Positions 23,777 through 34,287 of a stretch of DNA of 64,000 nt are shown piece after piece. The stretch's first letter is position 1. The number at the start of each line of letters is the position of its first letter. Source of the DNA: Terriglobia bacterium. Lineage in GTDB: Bacteria > Acidobacteriota > Terriglobia > 20CM-2-55-15. Below the pieces are notes generated by a model that had not been told where the DNA came from, did no database searches, and saw nothing but the letters and a program-made list of their open reading frames with translations. Where the stretch lies: the NCBI GenBank assembly GCA_965218585.1, contig CBDCLE010000024.1, positions 1 through 64,000 of the forward strand. The letters run 5' to 3'. The position numbers were made by a program, and so were the translations under genes.

Positions 23777-24940
23777 CTATCGGAGAGCTAATCGGTTTGT
23801 CGATGGTATTTGGATTCCCTCGTCTTCCGGAACGAGGGCCCGATCGACACGCGAGGCGGTGATCGGGCTGACGATCTGGTCCTCCACGAGCCTGTATATC
23901 AGCCTGAGATGGCGCCCACGGCCTTCTCCTGGATTGCTCGATGAGGTCGTGACGACTGCCAGGTCCAGATCCGGCACAAGAAAGATGAACTGTCCTCCGT
24001 AGCCCCAGGCGTAGTAAGTCGCGTGACCCGCCATCTGACGGATCCACTAGCCGTAGCCGTAAAAGCGGCCTCTCTCTCGAGGCGATGGAGTGCGCCCTAC
24101 GAAGGAAGCTTCCACCCACTGCTGGGGGACCACCTGTCGGCCATTGGTCCGACCCCCGCTGAGATACATCCGCCCGAAAGCCATCATCTGTTGCGGCGTC
24201 ATCGTCATATCGTTGCCGCCGAAATAAATGCCCTGCGGATCACGGGGCCATTGGGCCAGAGAAAAGCCCATCGGCTCTGCAAGAACATCCCGGGCGAATC
24301 GCCACGTACTGTTGCCCGTGGCGCGGGTCAGAATCGCCGAGAGTAGATGTGTGTTTCCCGTGCTGTAGTCCATGCGGGTGCCCGGCGTGCGTATCAGAGG
24401 TTGGTTGAGAGCGTACCGCACCCAGTTCGAGCTCAGGACCCAGGCCCCATAGTTTCGGTTGCTTGTCGTCTCCAGGCCCGACCGCATCGTCAGGAGATCT
24501 TCGACCGTGATCGCCCGCTTTCCGGCGTTCCGTTCCCCGGCGAGCAGATCCGGAAAGAAATTCCCGATGGGTTGTTTCACGCTTTCGACGACTCCGCTTT
24601 CGATAGCGATCCCCACGAGGGCGGACACCACGCTCTTCGACGCGGATTTCAGGTTGGCGAGGCGCGTAGGTCGTGTTCCGTTGAAGTACTCTTCAACGAG
24701 CAGGTCTCCCTGCCAACTGATCAACAGACTGTGCAGACGGGGTAGCTGGGCGGCTTCCTCCAGAGCCCGATCGAAGGAAACCGTAGGCTCCGTTTCTGGC
24801 CGTTGTCCCTGCCCGGCCCCCGCCCAAGTCGTCAATGTCGAGGTGGTCAGTATGGAGCAGGCGGCCAGTGCAGCAAGCCATCGTAAGGGTTTGATTCCGG
24901 ACCTCGCAACACGGGATTTCATGGTCAGGGATTCTACCAA
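23777..24940 (-). pseudogene. Serine hydrolase (class C beta-lactamase-like) with an in-frame TAG
   Basis: SASK (SxxK), LLTMRSGL, YSTGN. The sequence FYGYG*WIRQMAGHATYYAWGYGGQ continues in frame across TAG 24047-24049, where Trp is expected. Confidence 0.85.
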
Positions 24941-25154
24941 AATCAGTTGCTTTACCGTCTTGGTCTTGAAGCCCGTCTGGTGTAGAATTCGGCACGGTAT
25001 TTCCTGTAATACATCTAATCACTGATGCGATCTCATCGTTCATAGTGGGAAAGAGGGCTGTTTCTGGCAAGGAACACGTTTTTCAAGCATTTTTACGTCT
25101 TATTTATTCCAATGGAACCCTCGTGCAGAATCTGGCAGGAGTTCACTAATCGAC

Positions 25155-25610
25155 ATGACAAGTTCAGGCCGGGGTTCCACCTCACAAGTACTGGTAGTAG
25201 ATGATGACGCCGAAATCCTGTCGATGCTGACGACGATGCTCTCCAGCCTGGGCTATTCGGTAATCGAATCCCGGCATTCCACGGATGCCGTAGAAATCCT
25301 CGAGGATCCGGATCGGTTGATCGACGTTCTTATCAGTGACTATCAGATAGACGAATTGAGTGGGGATCAGGTCGCCCGACGTGGGTTTCGTATGTCACGG
25401 AACCTGAAGTTTGTCCTGATGTCGGGCAATCCTGAGGCCCAGGAGAGGGTTCGCAGAGAAGATCTGTTTCTGGAGAAGCCCTTCGATCTGGAGAAGGTGC
25501 GGCACACGATGAAACGCGTCGACTCGGAGACCTGGCCTCGTTCGTTCCTGGGCCGCCGGAGGGGCGGTGATCGCCGGAGCGGAGCTGATCGGAGGCGCTT
25601 GGTCAACTAA
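25155..25610 (+). CDS. Single-domain response regulator receiver
   Basis: VLVVDDD, LISDY, LMSG, LEKPF; C-terminal DRRSGADRR repeats. Confidence 0.85.
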   Translation: MTSSGRGSTSQVLVVDDDAEILSMLTTMLSSLGYSVIESRHSTDAVEILEDPDRLIDVLISDYQIDELSGDQVARRGFRMSRNLKFVLMSGNPEAQERVRREDLFLEKPFDLEKVRHTMKRVDSETWPRSFLGRRRGGDRRSGADRRRLVN

Positions 25611-25741
25611 CCCGTATCGGGAGCAGCGCCGATGGGTCTTGCGGGCGAGGGTCGTGCCGCATTGTCACTCCCCGAGGAAGTTTGATTGTCGAAATGGCAA
25701 GCATCTCGCCTTTCCGATAAAAACAGAGGCCCGACGAAAAA

Positions 25742-25814
25742 TGGGGTCAGAGCCCTATTTACCCAATTAAAAAGAGGCGTTACTGAAAAATGGGTAAATA
25801 GGGCTCTGACCCCA
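25742..25814. repeat. REP/REPIN-like inverted repeat
   Basis: Perfect 24-bp arms TGGGGTCAGAGCCCTATTTACCCA at 25742-25765 and 25791-25814. Confidence 0.85.
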
Positions 25815-25838
25815 ATTAAGTTGCGTTAGAATTTTCGC

Positions 25839-27153
25839 ATGTCTCCTGAACGGAAGATTTTCTTCTGCCTCTTAGCGCTCGTTGTACTTATCCCCGGGGC
25901 GGGATGGGGCCTCGTGCAGCTCCCCTACGATTTCGAATATCCGGTCATTGAGTATTCGACCCGTCCGCCGTCCGATGCCATCGCCGAGCTTCAGCAGAAG
26001 ATTGACGAAGGTGAGGTGGATCTCGAGTTCGATGCCAAGAACGGGTACTTGCTTTCATTGCTCGGTGAACTGGACATCGACGTTCGGTCTCAGATGCTCG
26101 TGTTTTCGACGACCAGCTTCCAGGTCAACCTCATTTCTCCCGAAAGGCCCCGAGCACTTTACTTCAACGACAGCGTTTACGTTGGATGGTTGCAGGATGC
26201 GAACGTCATGGAAATTTCAGCGGTGGACCCGAATCTGGGGGTCGTTTTCTACACGCTGGATCAGGTCGAGGGAGCGCCGCGGTTCCAACGCCAGAACGCT
26301 GAATGTCTGCGCTGCCACGATACGTATTCGATGACCGGCGGTGGGGTGCCGCGCCATCTGGTGGGTTCTGGATTTACGGACCAGTTCGGTGGGTTCGCTA
26401 CTCACGAAGGTTGGCACTTGACGACCTATCAAAGTCCCCTCGAAGAACGTTGGGGGGGTGGTACGTTACAGGGACACACGGCGAGGGGCGCCACATGGGC
26501 AATATCATCATCAATAACGTTGCCGATCCAGCCGAGTTCGATCTGGACTTGGGGGCCAACGTGACCGACCTCGGCCCTCTGGTCGACACAGCCCCTTACG
26601 CGGGAGATACGAGTGACATCGTCGCACTGATGGTGCTCGAGCATCAGACCAGCGTTCAGAATGTGATCGTTCGGGTGAACTTTGAGACGCGGAAGGCAAT
26701 TCAGGACGAAGAAGAGAGCAACGTTCAACTGGGCCGGAAACCAGGTTTCATCTCCGATCCAGCAGTGGAATTCATAGAGGGTTGGTCGGAGCTTCTTACC
26801 GGCATCCTCCTCATGGCTGAAGAGGCGCCTTTGGAAGGACCTATCGTGGGGACTTCGGGTTTCGCCGAACAGTTTCCGATCGCGGACCAACGGACCCTCG
26901 AGGGCGCTCTCTCAGGGAACTGGATCTCGATCGGCGACTCTTCCGCTATCCGCTTAGCTATGTGATCTACTCCGACGCTTTCGACGGTTTACCCAGCCTG
27001 GTCAAAGACTACGTCTATCGGCGACTCGGGGAGGTCCTTCGGGGAGAAGACGAGAGGGAAGAGTTTGATCACCTATCTGCTGAAGACCGCGCTGCCATTC
27101 TGGAAATCCTTCGGGAAACCAAAACCGAATTCGCCCGTTCCATCGCTGACTAA
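25839..27153 (+). pseudogene. Exported CxxCH (c-type heme) hypothetical protein, two homopolymer frameshifts
   Basis: Signal peptide; FSTTSFQ...PRALYFNDSVYVGW; CLRCH; ERWGG|WYVTG (G7 run 26452-26458); SDIVALMVLEHQ; F|SDRGPTDPRGRSLRELDL...YPLSYVIYS (T run 26873-26875). Confidence 0.75.
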
Positions 27154-27156
27154 AAT

Positions 27157-27234
27157 TAGGGACAGGTCACTCTTTTTCCCAGAGAACGCTCGATCGCATG
27201 CGAATCCGGTCTCAGAAAGAGTGACCTGTCCCTA
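27157..27234. repeat. REP/REPIN-like inverted repeat between convergent genes
   Basis: Perfect 19-bp arms TAGGGACAGGTCACTCTTT at 27157-27175 and 27216-27234. Confidence 0.8.
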
Positions 27235-27693
27235 CTTTTTGGCGAGCCTCGAGTAGAGGATCCTGTCGATAGAGAAGGCACCCGCACCTTTGACCAAGAC
27301 CGACACGCCCATGGCGATGGCCAGGAGTTGAAACTCGTAACCCTCATCTCCGGCTGGCATTCTCCCCGCCCAGTTGATGAAGAAACCCTCGGACCCGGTG
27401 ACGATGATGATGGCGAACAGCATGGACGTGGAGACTCCGAACGAGGCGATCCGGGTGAGGAAGCCGACGATCAGTCCCATACCGCCCAGGAACTCGGCCA
27501 TGATCGCGATGAAGGCGAAAACGACTGGGATGCCGTAAATGTCGGTAAAACGAGTCATCGTCGCATCGAAACCGCTGCCTCCAAACCAGCCGAACATCTT
27601 CTGGGCTCCGTGCGCGAATATCACGACTCCCAACATGACTCTGACTATCGTTGTTCCGATGTCGTTTGGGGTTTGGATTAGTCGGGAGAACAT
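27232..27693 (-). CDS. DoxX family membrane protein
   Basis: RVMLGVVIFAHGAQKMFGWFGG, AEFLGG...GFLTR, GYEF, GAGAFSID. Confidence 0.92.
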   Translation of the reverse strand: MFSRLIQTPNDIGTTIVRVMLGVVIFAHGAQKMFGWFGGSGFDATMTRFTDIYGIPVVFAFIAIMAEFLGGMGLIVGFLTRIASFGVSTSMLFAIIIVTGSEGFFINWAGRMPAGDEGYEFQLLAIAMGVSVLVKGAGAFSIDRILYSRLAKK

Positions 27694-27765
27694 CAGCGAG
27701 CTCCTTTGGTCGAGAGAAACTGTCCGAACCTGATGTGGTGTCAAGGAGGCGGGTCGCGGGGTTCT

Positions 27766-29025
27766 TTATTCGACGGTTCCGTCCGCTCTCGTGAATCCGT
27801 TCTTGGCGTTACGCAGAATCCAGCGAATGACGCGGCCGTTGTTGTACACGTAACTGACGATGTGATTTAGGGTCGAGAAGCAGGTCTTCTCGCATTCCTT
27901 CTTCATTTCAGTAAGCTGGTTCCGGTCGAACTTGGGCGCACCTGCGACATCCCAATCATAGGTCGCTGAGTACATCGGAAAGCACGGTGCCAGTGTTCCA
28001 TCCGTTCTCACGATGAGGGTGTTCTGGCCTGCGCGGCAGCCCCACGGTTCGATCTCGCTACGCAGGAACTCTTTCATCTGGATGAGCCGGTTTTTCTGGT
28101 TTACGATCCGGTAGCCCTGCTCGTGCTTTTCGACAATCCAGTCGATCAACTCATCCACCTTTCCGTAATCTTCCTCGTAAAGGAAAGTCGGATTGTCCTG
28201 CAGATGTTTGAAGTGAGGGGCTTCCAGCATGGGTGATTCGACGATGTGATAGTCGATACCGATGTCGTAATCGTGTGCGAACTCGGTGAGGGCCCGGACG
28301 TCATCCATGTTGTTCTTACAGATGCAAACGTTCAGGAAGACGCTGTAGCAGTAGCGGCGCATGTTTTTGATCAGATAGTCGAAGTACGGGCGGATCGGGT
28401 TGAGTGCCTTGTGGAGTCCCGGCAATTCGTCCAGGCAGTCGACAGCGAGATTGACCGTGGTCAGTCCTGCGTCACCTAGGCGATCAACGACGTCCGGCTT
28501 CATGAGCCTGCCATTCGTCGGCAGGTAGACGTTGAAGTCCTTCTTTGTGGCGTAGTCGACTACTTTGTGAATGAACTTCGGCCGCAGCAGCGGCTCCCCT
28601 CCCATCAAAGCCAGGAAACGATTACCCGTGGAATGGAGCCAGTCGATCGAGAGCTTCGCAGTGGGTTTGGTCATGCCTTGAACGCTGTTTTCGTAAGACC
28701 AGCAATAGTGGCAGTCGAGGTTGCATTTCCACTCGGTGAAGAGATACGAGATCAATGGGCGGAGTTGCTGAGGTTTGAGGCGCGACTTGAAGTATGGGGC
28801 GCCCATCCCTTTCCAGACACGCCAGGCCTTGAAGTTGTTGTACGCCCGCTCGGTTTCCCACATGACTTCTGGCCGTTGAGGAAAAACCGGTTCGGGCAGG
28901 CCGCCTTCAACGGGACCGTCGGGTTCCGGCAGAGGTTGTAAATCCCGTACGGGGTTTAAAACGTCACGCAGGTTCTCGTCGATACGAAACTCGGGCGTTG
29001 CTTCCTTTTTTTCCGTCGTGCTCAC
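27766..29025 (-). CDS. Radical SAM protein with a C-terminal Cys-containing (SPASM/twitch-like) region
   Basis: CNLDCHYC, GGEPLL, TNG, CRAG...APC...CEKTC; RBS AGGAGG before GTG. Confidence 0.9.
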   Translation of the reverse strand: MSTTEKKEATPEFRIDENLRDVLNPVRDLQPLPEPDGPVEGGLPEPVFPQRPEVMWETERAYNNFKAWRVWKGMGAPYFKSRLKPQQLRPLISYLFTEWKCNLDCHYCWSYENSVQGMTKPTAKLSIDWLHSTGNRFLALMGGEPLLRPKFIHKVVDYATKKDFNVYLPTNGRLMKPDVVDRLGDAGLTTVNLAVDCLDELPGLHKALNPIRPYFDYLIKNMRRYCYSVFLNVCICKNNMDDVRALTEFAHDYDIGIDYHIVESPMLEAPHFKHLQDNPTFLYEEDYGKVDELIDWIVEKHEQGYRIVNQKNRLIQMKEFLRSEIEPWGCRAGQNTLIVRTDGTLAPCFPMYSATYDWDVAGAPKFDRNQLTEMKKECEKTCFSTLNHIVSYVYNNGRVIRWILRNAKNGFTRADGTVE

Positions 29026-29298
29026 CGTGTCCTCCTAGCGGGCGCGTTAGCCAATCCTCGGTAGCTACAATTGCCAAATCCGGAGCGAAAAGTCCAGCAT
29101 GTTTCTCGAAGAAGGGCGTAATGGCTTCCTTCACCTCGAGGGGAAACGATATCAGCTCCGACAGCCTGGTCCGTAATGGCCATCACATACAAACGGGCCG
29201 GAGTCAGAGTCTGGCTTCCTTGCCGGCTCGAAGGAATCCAGACTCTCTCGCCCACTTTGCGAACGGCTCCTCGTTTCGGCGATGCTTCGTCGATCCGT

Positions 29299-29829
29299 CT
29301 ATTCAGGTGCCTTGATGTTTGGGTACGAGAACACGTAGTCCTGCTCCCCTTGGGGTGCATGGCAACCGAAGCAGCGGGAGAGATCTGCGTTCGAATTGGG
29401 GGACCGGTCCGCTGTGAAAGACTGGTACTCCCATTCGCCGTTACGAACGTCCTCAGGATACTCACTGCCCCAACCGGTGCGTTTCTCCATAGCGGTGTAA
29501 CCACGGATATCGGTCTTGATCAACCGTCCGTCCGGGCTCGTCGCCGGCTCGTCGTTGGCACCGAGTTCGATGTTGTACTGGACCACCGTGATCACCGTAC
29601 CGCTTGGGAGCTCCGCGTCGTTTCCGGCGGCCTCGATCGCTGCCTGGCTCGTATAGTATTCGCGAACCTGATTGTTTCGCGGGCGATCCTGGGTCCAGTA
29701 CAGGACGCCGTCGGCGTAGTCTTCCGGAAACATGACCTTGTCGCCGCCGGTAGGCGCCTGTGCGGCCAGGGCCAAACCTCCAAGGGCTAGTACGAGTACG
29801 GCGATGGCGAACAGCGCTTGTGATTTCAT
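29299..29829 (-). CDS. Cytochrome P460 family protein
   Basis: Signal peptide, FPEDY, LPSGTVI, AMEK, GEWEY, C-terminal CFGCH and DYVF. Confidence 0.85.
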   Translation of the reverse strand: MKSQALFAIAVLVLALGGLALAAQAPTGGDKVMFPEDYADGVLYWTQDRPRNNQVREYYTSQAAIEAAGNDAELPSGTVITVVQYNIELGANDEPATSPDGRLIKTDIRGYTAMEKRTGWGSEYPEDVRNGEWEYQSFTADRSPNSNADLSRCFGCHAPQGEQDYVFSYPNIKAPE

Positions 29830-30050
29830 TAGAATCCTCCTTCGTTTCTCCAACGGACGGGTGAAAGGGTTGAGGGCATCTGATCACACTCCGTCGATTA
29901 AGCCAAGAATAACGTCGTCCCTCTGGCGCCGAATATCCGGAGAAGCTGTGATAAGTTATTGGTCGTTATTTTTGACCGTCAGTACGCTTGATCTGCGAAC
30001 GAGTTTTGAGATGCCCGGCTCAAGCAACGACAATGGAGGCCCTTTCAGTC

Positions 30051-31697
30051 ATGTTGATCCGTAAATGCCTTGTTTTTGCGGCGATGGGAATGGTTTTGAC
30101 TCTGATCTCCGCGCCCTCCGCCCTGGCCGCTGCCGGAACAGAAGAGTGCCTGTACCTGCTCGGCGAGACCGGTCCCGATCTTTCCATCACGACGACGCGC
30201 ATGATTTCAGCCCGGGATGGTTTGCCGGAATACTGTCACGTTCAGGGACTCATACCCCCGAACGTGGGTTTCGAAGTGAAGCTGCCTACGGATTGGAACG
30301 GTAAGTTTTTTATGGTCGGGAATGGCGGCTTTGCCGGCCTGATACAGGACGATCAGACCTACGGACTGCGACGGGGCTATGCAACGGCTGCGACCGACAC
30401 CGGACATGAAGGCCCCGAACCCAGCTTTGCGCTCAGCCGCGCCGCCGAAATCGACTTCGGCTACCGCTCGGTACAGGTGACGCAGCTGGCGGCGAAACGC
30501 CTTATCGATTCCTACTACGGCAGAACCCCAAGGTATTCCTATTTCAGCGGTTGTTCAACCGGAGGACGCCAGGCTCTGCTCCAGGCCCAACGTTACCCTG
30601 ATAGTTTTGACGGCATCATCGCCGGGGCACCGATCTACGACTTCAGTCAGAAACAGGCCTACAACGCCGGCTGGGTTTCCAGTGCCCTGTTCGGCAACAA
30701 CCGTGAAGGCCTGGTCCCGCTTTCCAAACTACAGATGCTCAGCGAGGCGGTCTATGCCAACTGCGATACGGAGGATGGCCTGGAGGACGGCATCATCGAC
30801 GATCCGCGCGAGTGCAGCTTCGATCCCCTGACGCATCTCAAACAATGCCCGGAGGGCACAGATTCCGATGATTGCTTTACGCCTGCACAGATCGAGGCGA
30901 TCGTGAAGATCTACGAGGGACCCGGCGACCTGTACACCCGCGAGGGCAACTATCCCGGCCACGTTGTCGGTGCCGAGTGGATGGAGCCAGAGCGTTCGGG
31001 ACCCTTTACCGGGGGATGGGATCTTTATTTCATCGGTCTGACCGAAGCGAGCCGGGAAGACGCCGCCTCGGGCGGTCTCGATTCCTACGGCGGAGACCGG
31101 TTCCAGCCGGTTCAGCTGCGCAATTCCTCAAATTTCTTCAGGTACTTTGCGTCTTATCCGGACATGCCGGATTTCGATGCCACTGTGGACCTGGACTTCT
31201 CCTCGCTTCCCCCGCGCTTCGCCAGCGAAGACACGGTAGACGCGACCGATCCCGACCTCAGTGCATTTCGCAACCGGGGAGGCAAGATCGTGATGTGGCA
31301 CGGCTGGGCCGATGTCGGGCTCATTCCGATGCGAACGATCGAATACTACGAGAAGGTCCAATCGACTATGGGCGCAACCGAAACCGATGACTTCCTGCGG
31401 TTGTTCATGTTACCCGGCATGTACCACTGCTCGGGCGGTCCGGGTCCGGACACATTCGACGACCTGACGGCTTTGGAACGGTGGGTGGAACAGGACATAC
31501 AGCCGGACCGGATAACAGCTTACAACCTGCCGGCCTCGACCGAAGCGAACTACGTTGCGGAACGCAAAGGGCTGGACGAACTGGATCAGGCGCTGATGTC
31601 CCGTCCGATCTGTCCCTATCCCGAGGTCGCGCGATATGACGGAACGGGAAGCACGGATGACGCCGCAAACTTCATGTGTGTGTTCCCGTCGGAGTGA
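30051..31697 (+). CDS. Tannase/feruloyl esterase family alpha/beta hydrolase, exported
   Basis: WNGKF..GNGGFAG, TDTGH, YFSGCSTGGRQ, DGIIAGAP, HGWAD, PGMYHCSGG, RPICPYP. Confidence 0.93.
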   Translation: MLIRKCLVFAAMGMVLTLISAPSALAAAGTEECLYLLGETGPDLSITTTRMISARDGLPEYCHVQGLIPPNVGFEVKLPTDWNGKFFMVGNGGFAGLIQDDQTYGLRRGYATAATDTGHEGPEPSFALSRAAEIDFGYRSVQVTQLAAKRLIDSYYGRTPRYSYFSGCSTGGRQALLQAQRYPDSFDGIIAGAPIYDFSQKQAYNAGWVSSALFGNNREGLVPLSKLQMLSEAVYANCDTEDGLEDGIIDDPRECSFDPLTHLKQCPEGTDSDDCFTPAQIEAIVKIYEGPGDLYTREGNYPGHVVGAEWMEPERSGPFTGGWDLYFIGLTEASREDAASGGLDSYGGDRFQPVQLRNSSNFFRYFASYPDMPDFDATVDLDFSSLPPRFASEDTVDATDPDLSAFRNRGGKIVMWHGWADVGLIPMRTIEYYEKVQSTMGATETDDFLRLFMLPGMYHCSGGPGPDTFDDLTALERWVEQDIQPDRITAYNLPASTEANYVAERKGLDELDQALMSRPICPYPEVARYDGTGSTDDAANFMCVFPSE

Positions 31698-31725
31698 CAA
31701 ATCCCCAGCGAATTACAGGCAAGTA

Positions 31726-31755
31726 GAGAAGCCGGTCCTAGACGGGCCGGCTTCT
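31726..31755 (+). terminator. Hairpin (probable terminator) after the tannase-family gene
   Basis: AGAAGCCGGTCC...GGGCCGGCTTCT stem-loop; weak U tract. Confidence 0.5.
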
Positions 31756-31813
31756 ACGTTAACCGGACGACGCACTACCAGACCCGGTCAACTAACCAAG
31801 AGGAGAGTCAGTC

Positions 31814-34207
31814 ATGAAGCGTTGGAATACAGCTTTCGCGGTTTCATTGATCCTGATGATTGCCCTTGTCGGCCTGGCGCAGGAAAAGCGGCCGATGACT
31901 TTCGACGACATCATGGCTATGAAAAACGTAGGTCCGCCGGAGATATCACCGGATGGCAAGACTATCGTCTATACGGTGACCTCCGCGGCGATGGACGACA
32001 ACGAGAACCGGCCTGAGATCTGGCTGCTTTCCACCGAAGACGGAGGCAACGGTCGACGGTTCACGTCGGGGAACAACGACCGGTCTCCGAAATGGTCGCC
32101 TGACGGGGAATGGATCGCGTTCATTTCAAACCGGCCTGTAGAGGGACGAGGGCAGGGGAACGGTGGAAACGGCGACGGGGACCGCAATCGGCCTCAGATC
32201 TACATTATCTCCCCAGACGGCGGAGAGGCCATGAAACTGAGTGATTCCCCTACCGGTGTAAATAACTTCGTCTGGTCGGGTGACTCAACCAGGATAGCTT
32301 ACGTCGCTCAGAACCCCTTGACGGAAGAGGAAGAAAGGCGACAGCGAGATCGCGACGATGCGAATGTGATTGACCAGGATTTTCGTTATTCGAGCCTTCA
32401 CGTAATCGAGGTCGAGTCAAAAAGTTCCGAGGAGATCGTGAAAGGCGATTTCGTTGTGGATCAACCGACCTGGTCTCCTGACGGAACGCAGATCGCCTAC
32501 CGAGTCCGACCGACTCCGAGGGCGGACGATGGCAGTCTCAGCGACATCTACGTAGCAAACTCGGACGGATCTGAAATGCCGCGGAAGCTCTATGACAATG
32601 AGGGATCTGACACCAATCCGGTCTGGTCTCCTGACGGGGAAACAATCCTGTTCGGCACAAGGCCGGCCAGCCAGGGGACTCTGGGTTTCACGCGTCTGCA
32701 CGCGATTTCGGTTTCGGGTGGCGAACCGACATCTTTGATCCCCGACTTCGACGGCCCTGCAAACAACGTTCGATTTTCGCCAGATGGCGAAGTGATCTAT
32801 TTCGAGGGCGCGCAGGGTTCGAGCCGCCAGATTTTCAGTGCACCTGCGTCCGGCGGCAGCGTCAGCCAGATCACCGATTACGAAGGAGTCGTCTCGAGTT
32901 ATTCGCTCTCCTCTGACGGAAGGACCTTCGCGTTCAGACGGTCCGACGTGCAACAGCCAAACGACGTGTACGTGGTTTCGATGCCGACGTTTGATTCAAC
33001 CAGGATTACCAATCACAATCCACAGTTAGAAGACATCGCACTGGGAGAAAGCGAGGTGATTCGCTGGAACAGCCCAGATGGCCGAGAAGTCGAAGGCGTT
33101 GTCATCTACCCGGTAGATTACGAACCGGGAAGGCAGTACCCCGTGATCATGAACGTACACGGCGGTCCGGCCGGAGCCTGGACCCAGAGTTTCCCGGGAC
33201 GTCACGGCAACTACGCTCACGTCTGGTCAGGCCGCGGCTGGGTGACGCTCCTTCCCAACCCGCGCGGCAGTTCCGGCTACGGCGAGGAATTTCAGCTCTC
33301 CAACGTCAGAGATTGGGGTGGTGGCGACTACGAAGACGTCCAATCCGGAGTGGACGAGCTGATCCGTCGCGGTGTGGCCGATGCCGACCGGATGGGCCAG
33401 ACCGGATGGAGTTACGGTGGTTACATGACGGCGTGGACCCTGACCCAGACCGATCGCTTCAAGGCCGTGATGGTCGGCGCTGGACTGACGAACATGTTCA
33501 GCATGTATTCCACTAACGACCTTCAGAGGACTCTGGAAGGGTATTTCGGAACCACGCCCTTCGATGACGAGGAGGAATACCGTCGAGCCTCTGCAATGAC
33601 GTTCATCAATCAGGCGAATACGCCCACACTGATCATGCACGGAGAGCAGGACCCGCGGGTTCCGAAAAGCCAGGCCCAGGAACTGTACATGGGGCTCAAG
33701 AAGAATGAGATTCCCGTTGAGATGGTGTGGTTTCCGAGAGAACCGCACGGACTGCGGGAACCGCGACACCAGTTGGACAAGATGAAGCGCGAATACGCCT
33801 TCTTTTCCGAGTATGTTCTCGGTGAGACCGTACCAGATACGCGAACAGAGCATGAAAAGGTTGTCGAGGTTGTCCAGAATGTATTTACTTACCTGGCAGC
33901 AGGTGACAGCGAAAACGTGAAAACGTTGTTCTGGCCTGGAGCAACGCTGGTTTCTGATCAGCCCGACGAGGCGGGGGAACGGAGACAGACGTTCACGACA
34001 GTGGAAGATTGGGTCGGATCTGCCACGAGAGGAAACGAAGAGATGGCCGAGCCTGAGGTGTCGATCAACGACAACATAGCCTCGGTCTGGGCACGCTATT
34101 CCTCCGGCTCTTCAGCGGCTGCGGGGGTAGATGCTTTTCACCTGGTCAAGACGGACGGGGAATGGAAAATCATGTCCTTCGTTTACACACAGAGTCCGAT
34201 GGAGTAA
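31814..34207 (+). CDS. S9 family peptidase (PD40 propeller + catalytic domain) with an extra C-terminal NTF2-like domain
   Basis: WSPDG repeats, VHGGP, NPRGSSGYG, GWSYGG, HGEQDPRV, EPH; tail ...NIASVW...GVDAFHLVKTDGEWKIMS. Confidence 0.93.
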   Translation: MKRWNTAFAVSLILMIALVGLAQEKRPMTFDDIMAMKNVGPPEISPDGKTIVYTVTSAAMDDNENRPEIWLLSTEDGGNGRRFTSGNNDRSPKWSPDGEWIAFISNRPVEGRGQGNGGNGDGDRNRPQIYIISPDGGEAMKLSDSPTGVNNFVWSGDSTRIAYVAQNPLTEEEERRQRDRDDANVIDQDFRYSSLHVIEVESKSSEEIVKGDFVVDQPTWSPDGTQIAYRVRPTPRADDGSLSDIYVANSDGSEMPRKLYDNEGSDTNPVWSPDGETILFGTRPASQGTLGFTRLHAISVSGGEPTSLIPDFDGPANNVRFSPDGEVIYFEGAQGSSRQIFSAPASGGSVSQITDYEGVVSSYSLSSDGRTFAFRRSDVQQPNDVYVVSMPTFDSTRITNHNPQLEDIALGESEVIRWNSPDGREVEGVVIYPVDYEPGRQYPVIMNVHGGPAGAWTQSFPGRHGNYAHVWSGRGWVTLLPNPRGSSGYGEEFQLSNVRDWGGGDYEDVQSGVDELIRRGVADADRMGQTGWSYGGYMTAWTLTQTDRFKAVMVGAGLTNMFSMYSTNDLQRTLEGYFGTTPFDDEEEYRRASAMTFINQANTPTLIMHGEQDPRVPKSQAQELYMGLKKNEIPVEMVWFPREPHGLREPRHQLDKMKREYAFFSEYVLGETVPDTRTEHEKVVEVVQNVFTYLAAGDSENVKTLFWPGATLVSDQPDEAGERRQTFTTVEDWVGSATRGNEEMAEPEVSINDNIASVWARYSSGSSAAAGVDAFHLVKTDGEWKIMSFVYTQSPME

Positions 34208-34287
34208 CCGGGGTTCTGTCAAGCGGGCGAGGGCCTGACTGTGTCAAACGCTTTGGCGGCCCCGAAGGAAGTCGCTCTGTTCGAAGA

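Noticed and set aside
30051-31697. MHETase (PET intermediate hydrolase) assignment
   Set aside because: The catalytic motifs are shared across the tannase/feruloyl esterase family; substrate cannot be read from the sequence.
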